From: a virus
Taxonomy: Duplodnaviria > Caudoviricetes
Virus record (IMG/VR): IMGVR_UViG_3300027971_004105
Length of the DNA stretch: 64,000 bases
Direction: 5' to 3' (one strand)
The notes beneath the pieces are model-generated. The model did not search any database. It was not told where the DNA came from and saw only the letters and a list, made by a program, of their open reading frames with translations. Shown here piece after piece: positions 56,488-64,000 of this stretch. Made by a program: the position numbers and the translations under genes. Numbering within the stretch: the stretch's first letter is position 1; every line of letters begins with the position of its first letter.

Positions 56488-57488
56488 TGACCTACTTGCT
56501 TGTGGATTTAGCCAATGTATTTTTTAGATCACGTCACGTAACTGACGGAAGTCTTAATGATAAGATTGGTATGGCTCTACATATTACTCTTAACGGTGTA
56601 AGAAAAGTATGGAAAGATTTCAAAGGAGACCATGTGGTATTCTGTTTGGAAGGACGCAGTTGGCGCAAAGATTATTATCTTCCATACAAACGCAATAGAT
56701 CTGATGCTCGTGCAGCACTCACAGCCAAAGAAAAAGAAGAAGAAACAATATTTTGGGAAACTTTTGATAATTTTAAAGAATTTATACAAACTAAGACCAA
56801 TTGCACAGTGTTGCAAAATCCAAGATTAGAAGCAGATGATTTAATCTCTGCTTGGATACAAGCTCATCCCAAAGACCAGCACGTGATCATCAGCACAGAC
56901 AGTGATTTTGCACAATTGATTGCTCCCAATGTGAAACAATACAATGGTATTTCAGAAGTGACCATCACTGATAAAGGTTATTTTGATCAAAAAGGTAATC
57001 CTGTAAAAGATAAAAAAACAGGTGAAAACAAAACAGCACCTGAACCAGAATGGCAATTGTTTGAAAAATGTGTGCGTGGAGACAGCACAGACAATATATT
57101 TTCTGCTTTTCCAGGAGTAAGAACCAAAGGAACCAAGACCAAAGTAGGATTGCGTGAAGCATATGAAGATAGAAAAAATAAAGGATTCAACTGGAACAAC
57201 ATGATGTTGCAACGTTGGATGGATCATGAAGGAGTAGAGCACAGAGTATTGGATGATTACAATAGAAATGTTATATTGTGCGATTTACGAGCACAACCAG
57301 ATGAAATAAAACAAATTATGGCTCAAACTGTGGCAGAAGCAGCCAACCCCAAAGCAGTGGAACAAGTGGGAATCAAATTGATTAGATTTTGTGCCAAATG
57401 GGACATGCAAAGAATTGTGGATCAAGCACAGAGTTATGCTGAGCCATTGAATGCCAAATATAAAATAACAGAAGAGGTCACAGCATGA
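56487..57488 (+). CDS. rnh: RNase H / 5'-3' flap exonuclease (T4 rnh-like)
   Basis: LVDLAN, EGRSWRK.Y..YK.NR, EADD, STDSD, GDSTDNI. Confidence 0.9.
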   Translation: MTYLLVDLANVFFRSRHVTDGSLNDKIGMALHITLNGVRKVWKDFKGDHVVFCLEGRSWRKDYYLPYKRNRSDARAALTAKEKEEETIFWETFDNFKEFIQTKTNCTVLQNPRLEADDLISAWIQAHPKDQHVIISTDSDFAQLIAPNVKQYNGISEVTITDKGYFDQKGNPVKDKKTGENKTAPEPEWQLFEKCVRGDSTDNIFSAFPGVRTKGTKTKVGLREAYEDRKNKGFNWNNMMLQRWMDHEGVEHRVLDDYNRNVILCDLRAQPDEIKQIMAQTVAEAANPKAVEQVGIKLIRFCAKWDMQRIVDQAQSYAEPLNAKYKITEEVTA

Positions 57489-57991
57489 CAGTGATTGCCA
57501 AACCCATATTGGATGGTAAGTTTTGGATATTGGAATCTGAAGGTATCAAACTGGGCACACTGTGCCGTCAGGAAGATCACAGATACATGTTCAGTTGTGC
57601 CTCAGGCAGTCGCATGTTTGACAATGAGCAACAATTGAGACAGGAATTCAAAGGAGATTGGCTGTGGGGAAATACCACTGTGACTGTGTCACAAGATCCT
57701 GCTGTGGATGCAAACTCTGTGTATGGATATCCCACTAAATTTGAACCTTGTAATCCTGTGTTTGATGTGCAAAAAAAATTACCATTGTTTACCAAAAGTA
57801 AAAAATCCAAATCATTGTATTGTGCTGGATATTATGTTATTAAATTTGAAAAAGGATGGGTCAAAAGTTTCTGTCCCAAACTGCTCACCATAGACAGGTA
57901 TCCCAACAAAGGACCATTCAGAACATTGCTGGAGATGAAACAGGAACTCAGCAGTGCCAACAAACAAGAAGGACACATAACAAATGAGTAA
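57485..57991 (+). CDS. Hypothetical protein
   Basis: 168 aa, coupled. Confidence 0.6.
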   Translation: MTVIAKPILDGKFWILESEGIKLGTLCRQEDHRYMFSCASGSRMFDNEQQLRQEFKGDWLWGNTTVTVSQDPAVDANSVYGYPTKFEPCNPVFDVQKKLPLFTKSKKSKSLYCAGYYVIKFEKGWVKSFCPKLLTIDRYPNKGPFRTLLEMKQELSSANKQEGHITNE

Positions 57992-58214
57992 TGCACCTAT
58001 TAACACAGCACCCATACAGCAATTGATACAACAGATCAAAGTGGCTGATCTGAGCAATCAAAAAGAAGTAAAAATTGATATTGCCACTGCCAAAAATGTG
58101 GCCTACACATTGGGCATTGTGATGAGCAGATTGGCTGGAAATTACGAAGATTTACTCAGCAAGAAAGACAAGGAAGAAGTGATTCAGGTACAAATGGATG
58201 GGGGCAAACTGTGA
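57984..58214 (+). CDS. Hypothetical protein
   Basis: 76 aa, coupled. Confidence 0.58.
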   Translation: MSNAPINTAPIQQLIQQIKVADLSNQKEVKIDIATAKNVAYTLGIVMSRLAGNYEDLLSKKDKEEVIQVQMDGGKL

Positions 58215-58423
58215 GCATCACTGACAAAGAAATAGAACAAATAGCCAGTACCAATCTGCCCAACAACCATTTCAATCCCTACATGACTGCTCCTGAATAC
58301 TTCCAACAAGAGGGTGAAAACATGTGGATTAGATTCAAATTAAAGGCGTTTTACCCACTGCTTTGTGTGAGCCTGCTGTCTACACTTGCCCTGCTGTGTG
58401 TGCTGATATATACCCTATTTTAG
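58211..58423 (+). CDS. Small protein with C-terminal TM helix
   Basis: GTG start overlapping the upstream stop; hydrophobic C-terminus. Confidence 0.52.
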   Translation: MSITDKEIEQIASTNLPNNHFNPYMTAPEYFQQEGENMWIRFKLKAFYPLLCVSLLSTLALLCVLIYTLF

Positions 58424-58515
58424 CACTGATCCATTAGGGTTCCTTTCATTCAACCAAAAAATAAACTTACCAAAAGGCATAAATATACATGCTTAATCAT
58501 TTTTACAAGGAACAC

Positions 58516-58806
58516 ATGAGCAGACCCAAACCCATTATCCTTTTGGAGAATGTTAATAAAAAGGACTACAAATCTGAACAGGTTTTGGATGCAGAAGCCA
58601 TATGGGCCGTATTTTACAAAAATAAACCTTTCAATTTAAAGTCATCCAACATGACCACCAACTATCCAGGACCCAAATACAAGAAAGTTTCTTTCAGCAA
58701 TCCAGGCCATGCTTTTAACCTTGCTAAAAAACTCAACACACTGTTCAACGTTCAAGACTTTGCAGTGGTGAAATTAACTCAGGGCGAAACCGTCACTGAA
58801 AAATAA
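58516..58806 (+). CDS. Hypothetical late protein
   Basis: ATAAATA 58479-85; SD AAGGA; MSRPKPIILLE. Confidence 0.6.
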   Translation: MSRPKPIILLENVNKKDYKSEQVLDAEAIWAVFYKNKPFNLKSSNMTTNYPGPKYKKVSFSNPGHAFNLAKKLNTLFNVQDFAVVKLTQGETVTEK

Positions 58807-59192
58807 TGGACTGGAAAACTACCTATACTAAAATATTCCTTCAACAGGCAAACATTTCCGTGAACGATAATACCATGAAAGAATATCTACCCATATGGTG
58901 GAAAAATAGTCGTATCAAAACAGAAGGTGGATTGAGACTCACTGAAGAAGGTCTTAAATTTGTTCAAGAAAAATTAGAATTACAGACTTATGATGTGCCA
59001 TTTCCATTGGAATTCACCATAACCACACAGATATTGATATTTTTAGACAAGTTTATAGATTGTCCATATTACTTGGCTGCTGATGGTATTATCGTGACCA
59101 ATGAAAAGAAGGCCATGGAACTTCACTTATTTTCAGGTGATATACGCAAATATGGTTTGACCAAAGCCATGAGTAGACCCTTCGAACAGTAA
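58806..59192 (+). CDS. Hypothetical protein
   Basis: Coupled; GGLRLTEEG motif. Confidence 0.6.
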   Translation: MDWKTTYTKIFLQQANISVNDNTMKEYLPIWWKNSRIKTEGGLRLTEEGLKFVQEKLELQTYDVPFPLEFTITTQILIFLDKFIDCPYYLAADGIIVTNEKKAMELHLFSGDIRKYGLTKAMSRPFEQ

Positions 59193-59257
59193 AGATATCC
59201 ACAATTATCAAGCATTTTAAGCCATTGAAATCAACGACTTTTTTGATTCAAAACCAA

Positions 59258-59286
59258 TTGACTTCTTTTTTCACAGATGCTATTAT
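59258..59286 (+). promoter_or_regulatory. sigma70-like promoter
   Basis: TTGACT-17-TATTAT. Confidence 0.65.
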
Positions 59287-59331
59287 GTATATAACACTAA
59301 GGCACTGAAACAAACTTAAAAGGAGTACAAC

Positions 59332-60435
59332 ATGGCCAAAGCAGACAAAGACAGTTTAGCAGTTAGACAGGTCAGTCCTAACAATGCTAAAAGTAGCATA
59401 ACACACGCAATCAACAAAAAACGTCCATTATTTTTATGGGGAGCACCTGGTATTGGTAAATCAGATGTGGTACATCAAATTGCTGCCAGCATTGATGCTC
59501 ATGTGATCGACATAAGATTAAGTCTATGGGAACCCACAGATATCAAAGGTATTCCATACTACAACATGAAAGAAAACAACATGATTTGGGCCGCCCCAAG
59601 TGAACTGCCCAATGAAGAATTTGCTAAAAAACACAAAAAAATTATATTGTTTTTGGATGAAATGAATTCAGCCGCACCATCAGTTCAAGCGGCAGCATAT
59701 CAATTGATCCTAAACAGAAGAGTGGGCACATACAGGCTGCCTGACAATGTGGTTATTATTGCCGCTGGTAATAGAGAAGCGGACAGAGGTATCACATACA
59801 GAATGCCTGCGCCATTGGCCAATAGATTTATCCATATAGAAATGAAAGTGGATTTTGATGATTGGTTTCAGTGGGCTGTACAGAACAACATGCACAAAGA
59901 TGTGGTGGGGTTCTTAACATTCAGCAAGAAAGATTTATACGATTTTGAACCCAAGAGTTCAGGCAGATCGTTCGCAACTCCAAGATCTTGGGCATTTGTC
60001 AGTGAATTATTGTCTGACGAAGTGGATGAGAATACCACAGCCGATCTAGTTAGTGGAGCAGTAGGCGAAGGATTAGCAGTAAAATTCATGGCTCACAGAA
60101 AAGTGGCTAAGGACCTACCAAATCCGTCTGACATTTTGTCAGGGAAGGTAGAAAAAATGAAGACTAAAGAAATCAGTGCCATGTATTCCTTAACAGTCTC
60201 CCTTTGCTACGAACTGAAAGACGCATGTGATAAGAAAGACAAGAAGTTTAATGATAAAGTCAATAAATTTCTTAGATTTTCTATGGATAATTTCGATACT
60301 GAAATTGTTGTGATGGGCATTAAACTTGCTCTTACGCAATATCAATTACCGATTGATCCAGACAGTATCAAATGTTTCGATGAGTTTCATGAAAAGTACG
60401 GCAAGTATGTTATTGCCGCACAAAAGGTTGCTTAA
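59332..60435 (+). CDS. MoxR-like AAA+ ATPase
   Basis: WGAPGIGKS, DIRLS, LFLDEMN, AAGN, PLANRF, TPRSW. Confidence 0.88.
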   Translation: MAKADKDSLAVRQVSPNNAKSSITHAINKKRPLFLWGAPGIGKSDVVHQIAASIDAHVIDIRLSLWEPTDIKGIPYYNMKENNMIWAAPSELPNEEFAKKHKKIILFLDEMNSAAPSVQAAAYQLILNRRVGTYRLPDNVVIIAAGNREADRGITYRMPAPLANRFIHIEMKVDFDDWFQWAVQNNMHKDVVGFLTFSKKDLYDFEPKSSGRSFATPRSWAFVSELLSDEVDENTTADLVSGAVGEGLAVKFMAHRKVAKDLPNPSDILSGKVEKMKTKEISAMYSLTVSLCYELKDACDKKDKKFNDKVNKFLRFSMDNFDTEIVVMGIKLALTQYQLPIDPDSIKCFDEFHEKYGKYVIAAQKVA

Positions 60436-60446
60436 CTGTGACCATT

Positions 60447-60472
60447 CACAGGGCATTTTCGAGTGCCCTGTG
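60447..60472 (+). other. Stable RNA hairpin with UUCG loop
   Basis: CACAGGGCATT-TTCG-AGTGCCCTGTG, 11 bp including one GU; no U-tract. Confidence 0.7.
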
Positions 60473-60489
60473 TACAAATAAAGATTCTT

Positions 60490-61728
60490 ATGACTACTAA
60501 AAAACAAGAAAAATTAAACAAATTACAAGAAGAAGTATTGGATAAAATTATTGTGGCAAGAGTAGGATTGTTGTTGAGACATCCTTTCTTTGGCAACATG
60601 GCCACTAGATTGGGCATTCAAGAATGTGATGAATGGTGTCCCACAGCAGCCACTGATGGAAGAAATCTTTATTATAATACAAAATTCTTTAGCAAACTTT
60701 CTGCTAGAGAAATCGAATTTGTGATAGCACATGAAATACTTCATTGTGTGTTTGATCACATTGGCAGAAATGAACAGAGAGATAGACAGATATACAATGT
60801 GGCTTGTGATTACATTGTGAACAACACATTGGTGCGAGACAACATTGGTGAAAAACCCAAAGACATTCCCATATTTCAAGACTTCAAATATGAAGGTTGG
60901 AGTTCTGAAAGAGTGTATGATGAAATTTATAAAAAATATGATGAAAAACAATTGCAAAAATTAGGTCAATTGTTGGATGAACATTTGGATTGGGACAAGG
61001 ACGAAAACGGCGGCGGTAAAGATAAAAAAGACGGCAAAGAAGGTGACCAACAAAAAAGACCAGCATACAGCAAAGAAGAATTGAGAAAAATTAGAGATGA
61101 GATCAAAGATTCCATACTGCAATCAGCACAAGCCACAGGCGCTGGTAATCTTCCCAAAGAAGTGGAAAGAATCATAAAAAATATGACCAATCCTAAAATG
61201 AATTGGAGAGAAATATTACAGACTCAGATACAGAGTACCATCAAAAGTGATTACAGTTTTATGAGACCCAGTCGCAAAGGTTGGCACACAGGCGTGGTAT
61301 TGCCAGGTTCACAGTTTGAACAGACCATTGATTTGGCTGTGGCCATTGATGCCAGTGGATCCATTGATGAAAAAAAATTGAGTATATTCTTAGGCGAAAT
61401 CAAATCCATCATGGATCAATACAAAGATTATAGAATTAAAGTGTGGACTTTTGACACAGAAGTGTACAATGAACAAGACTATGGTCCCACAGATGGTGAC
61501 ATTAGCCAGTATGAAATCACCGGTGGTGGTGGCACAGATTTCATGTGCAACTGGGAGTACATGAAAAAGAATGACATTCAACCAAAAAAATTCATCATGT
61601 TCACAGACGGATACACATTTGACAGCTGGGGAGATCCTCACTACTGTGACACCGTGTTTGTGATACACAACAATCACAACGAAAGAATTGAATCACCGTT
61701 TGGTATCACTACCAAATACGAAGACTAA
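60490..61728 (+). CDS. HExxH metallopeptidase-like plus VWA domain protein (DUF2201-type)
   Basis: TAATDG, AHEILH, DASGS (MIDAS), GGGGTDF, FTDG. Confidence 0.85.
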   Translation: MTTKKQEKLNKLQEEVLDKIIVARVGLLLRHPFFGNMATRLGIQECDEWCPTAATDGRNLYYNTKFFSKLSAREIEFVIAHEILHCVFDHIGRNEQRDRQIYNVACDYIVNNTLVRDNIGEKPKDIPIFQDFKYEGWSSERVYDEIYKKYDEKQLQKLGQLLDEHLDWDKDENGGGKDKKDGKEGDQQKRPAYSKEELRKIRDEIKDSILQSAQATGAGNLPKEVERIIKNMTNPKMNWREILQTQIQSTIKSDYSFMRPSRKGWHTGVVLPGSQFEQTIDLAVAIDASGSIDEKKLSIFLGEIKSIMDQYKDYRIKVWTFDTEVYNEQDYGPTDGDISQYEITGGGGTDFMCNWEYMKKNDIQPKKFIMFTDGYTFDSWGDPHYCDTVFVIHNNHNERIESPFGITTKYED

Positions 61729-62012
61729 TGTTGCAGAAAACTGGAGAACCCAATCCTTTAAACTTTTTTGGTATTAGAAAAGTTCAAAAACCACTGCCGC
61801 ATTTCACATATTTGGAAATCAAATTCGATTATGGCATGGAAGACAAGATCAATAATTGGATTAGAATCAATTTAAAAAGTAGATATTTTTTGGAAAAAAC
61901 AATCAAAAGCTCTCATGAACACAAAGTGGAGTATGTGATAAAAATTGGTTTTGAAGAAGCCAAAGAACTCACCATATTCACTTTGAGTTGTCCTTATGTG
62001 AATCGAAGTTAA
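61728..62012 (+). CDS. Hypothetical protein
   Basis: Coupled. Confidence 0.55.
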   Translation: MLQKTGEPNPLNFFGIRKVQKPLPHFTYLEIKFDYGMEDKINNWIRINLKSRYFLEKTIKSSHEHKVEYVIKIGFEEAKELTIFTLSCPYVNRS

Positions 62013-62044
62013 ATAATTTCGTATATACAACAAGGAGAACATAC

Positions 62045-62335
62045 ATGAACGAAGAAACTAAAAAAACTGCCACAGCCAGCACTGCTGCACCAAAAGCTGC
62101 AGCACCAGAAGCTGATTTAAAATCAGGAGATTTAACTGTGCAGGATTTAAACACTATCAAAGCTATCATTGACGTGGCATCACAGAGAGGTGCTTTCAAA
62201 GCCAATGAGATGCAAGCCGTAGGAACAACCTACAACAAACTTGAATCTTTTTTGAATGCCATTCAAGCTCAACAAGCGGCAGCAGCTAAATCTGCTCCAG
62301 CAGCAACAGCAGCACCTGTGGGAGATAAAAAATAA
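62045..62335 (+). CDS. Hypothetical protein
   Basis: SD AAGGAG then MNEETKK; Ala-rich termini. Confidence 0.62.
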   Translation: MNEETKKTATASTAAPKAAAPEADLKSGDLTVQDLNTIKAIIDVASQRGAFKANEMQAVGTTYNKLESFLNAIQAQQAAAAKSAPAATAAPVGDKK

Positions 62336-62913
62336 TGTCTGAAGTGAAACATTTGGGTAGATTCAAAGACACCAAAGAAGTGGTGGGAGTGGTCTACAGA
62401 GTATTGCCCAGTGATCCAGAACATGCATTGGTGGTACCCACCAGCGGTTTGGATGCAGATGAACATGCAAGACTGATGGATTTAATTCACAGTGCTGCCA
62501 GTCAAACTTCATATGAACTAGCAGAAGCTATGGCCCGTGCCCCGTTGGGTGATGGTTCCATCATGCTGGCTAGATTCCATGTGAAAAAATTGATGAAAAA
62601 AGTCAAGAGCAATCAAATAGAAATGACTCCCAATCAATTCACCACTATCAGTTTGGATGCATTGAATGCTGCCATAGCACAACAAAAAGGTTTAAAAATT
62701 GCTGAACTGGCCATCACTGCCAGCAACGATACACCAGCAAACACACAGGCCAGAAACATAGTGAATCCCATTGTGGAATCTGTGAAAAACGAGTCTGTGT
62801 TGACCGATGAACAATTGGCTGCAAAATTAAGAAGTGATGCAGACAGATTGTACAAAGAAGCAGCACGATTGAGAAAACAAGCAGACGAGTTAAAAACTAA
62901 GTCAGCAGAATAA
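62335..62913 (+). CDS. Hypothetical protein
   Basis: Coupled; C-terminal coiled coil. Confidence 0.6.
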   Translation: MSEVKHLGRFKDTKEVVGVVYRVLPSDPEHALVVPTSGLDADEHARLMDLIHSAASQTSYELAEAMARAPLGDGSIMLARFHVKKLMKKVKSNQIEMTPNQFTTISLDALNAAIAQQKGLKIAELAITASNDTPANTQARNIVNPIVESVKNESVLTDEQLAAKLRSDADRLYKEAARLRKQADELKTKSAE

Positions 62914-62919
62914 TCAATT

Positions 62920-63234
62920 ATGGTCATTTTTGGCAAAAAATCACTGCCCAAAAATGTTGTGGATCATTGGCCAGAAGTGTTCAATGATGTCACAGTGAAT
63001 GCCATACCTATTGAGTACCTATTGGCCATAAAAGTAACATTTAATGATGGCAAAAAATGGGAAATCAAAGTCAAAAACAGTCATAAAAAAATGACCAACA
63101 GTAGGCTGGAACAAACACTGAATGAACTGTTCAAAAACTACACCAACAGCATCAAGAATGTGGATTTTAGGCTGGATACTGAAAAGGTCAAAAAGGACAT
63201 TGAAAAACACACCAAAAAGTTCTTTAAAAAATAA
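62920..63234 (+). CDS. Hypothetical protein
   Basis: 104 aa. Confidence 0.58.
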   Translation: MVIFGKKSLPKNVVDHWPEVFNDVTVNAIPIEYLLAIKVTFNDGKKWEIKVKNSHKKMTNSRLEQTLNELFKNYTNSIKNVDFRLDTEKVKKDIEKHTKKFFKK

Positions 63235-63265
63235 AACTTTTAAGTGATGAATACTGTTAATTCAG

Positions 63266-63273
63266 TATAAATA
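63266..63273 (+). promoter_or_regulatory. T4-type late promoter TATAAATA
   Basis: Exact consensus; overlapped by the inverted repeat ATACTG-TTAATT-CAGTAT. Confidence 0.72.
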
Positions 63274-63306
63274 CACAGTAATAAGACATTAGGAGCAACG
63301 CACAAT

Positions 63307-64000
63307 ATGGCATTCAAAATAAGACGTGGCACAAACGCACAAAGATTACTGATAACTCCAGCAGAAGGAGAATTAATCTACACTACAGACACCAAAAAAC
63401 TGTTCACAGGTGATGGTACAACTTTGGGTGGTGTGGCTGTGGACACAGGCACTGTGGCGTTTTCAGGCATTGCATCAGATGTTACTCCAGATGTGGACAG
63501 CACAAGAGACATTGGTGCCACAGGCAACAGATGGGCCGAAGGTTGGTTTGACAATGTGTATGGTGCATTCACAGGTGCTCTTACAGGCAATGTCACAGGA
63601 AATTTAAGTGGTAATGTCACAGGCAATGTCACAGGAAATTTAATAGGCAATGTGTCAGGTGATGTCACAGGAGATCTCAACGGTTCAGTGTTTGCAGATG
63701 ACTCCACAGCAATGTTGGATGCCATACAAAAAAGAATCAAAGCAGATGTGTACAGCACAGCAGGCACATTATTATTGAGCACCAACCCTGCTACCAATGT
63801 GGTCAGCAACGGTGATGTGGTAATCACAGACAACGTGGTGACTCTGTTGAACGGATTAGACAACATACAATTAGGCACCAACACTTCAGCATTAGGAGTA
63901 GGGTTAAGAATTAAATCGCCTGTGCTTACTAACAAATCTATTGAAATTAATTCATTAACAAATGGTATTGTTGGTGACAGTTTTGAAATTCAAGTATCCA
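63307..64000 (+). CDS. Tail fibre protein, 5' part (truncated by window end; not in the ORF track)
   Basis: MAFKIRRGT...PAEGELIYTTDTKKLFTGDG.T.GG (Mtd-N/hyaluronidase-like N-terminus), GNVT repeats; SD AGGAG. Confidence 0.8.
   Translation, partial: MAFKIRRGTNAQRLLITPAEGELIYTTDTKKLFTGDGTTLGGVAVDTGTVAFSGIASDVTPDVDSTRDIGATGNRWAEGWFDNVYGAFTGALTGNVTGNLSGNVTGNVTGNLIGNVSGDVTGDLNGSVFADDSTAMLDAIQKRIKADVYSTAGTLLLSTNPATNVVSNGDVVITDNVVTLLNGLDNIQLGTNTSALGVGLRIKSPVLTNKSIEINSLTNGIVGDSFEIQVS
63613..63649 (+). repeat. 37-bp exact repeat, copy 2 (copy 1 at 15003-15039)
   Basis: Identical sequence. Confidence 0.85.

Noticed and set aside
60447-60472. Rho-independent terminator
   Set aside because: No U-tract after the stem on either strand
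116-63935. Most minus-strand and short off-frame ORFs in the track (e.g. 800..1225, 10594..10986, 15491..15922, 60523..60957, 63378..63935)
   Set aside because: They are shadows of strong + strand genes, lack motifs and SD/promoter signals, and mirror the codon bias of the real gene
1-64000. tRNA, rRNA genes and CRISPR arrays
   Set aside because: No cloverleaf or T-loop signature in the short intergenic gaps and no regularly spaced repeats seen; tRNAscan and a CRISPR finder would confirm
1-64000. Alternative genetic code (stop codon reassignment)
   Set aside because: Conserved genes are full length in the standard code and end at TAA, TAG or TGA as expected

Overview
This window is part of a large, AT-rich, T4-like (jumbo myovirus-type) phage genome infecting a Gram-negative host (spanin pair, sigma70-type promoters). 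It is almost all on the + strand and reads in the standard genetic code. Modules in order: stress and metabolic genes (queD, UV endonuclease, SOD, IscA; 1-7 kb); baseplate and tail fibre block with an S8 protease (7-22 kb); chaperones, clamp loader, PhoH and lysis cassette (22-32 kb); a cluster of small late genes sharing an MKIxEI..E N-terminal leader, probably packaged internal head proteins (32.8-38.5 kb); replication (GMP reductase, PolB, exonuclease, clamp; 39-46 kb); a 7-deazaguanine DNA-modification cluster (TGT/DpdA-like, QueD-like, FolE, QueE) mixed with sugar oxidoreductases, a glycosyltransferase, PRTase, HIT and SGNH proteins (44.5-56 kb); RNase H, MoxR/VWA and a truncated tail fibre. 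Best leads: (1) a preQ1-I-like pseudoknot with an anti-SD switch upstream of the isolated queD; (2) the QueC-less deazaguanine plus sugar-enzyme cluster; (3) a pseudoknotted 5' UTR on the DNA polymerase; (4) the leader-peptide cargo array, including one gene whose leader encodes an internal early promoter; (5) widespread leaderless transcripts. All calls come from reading motifs by eye; no searches were run.
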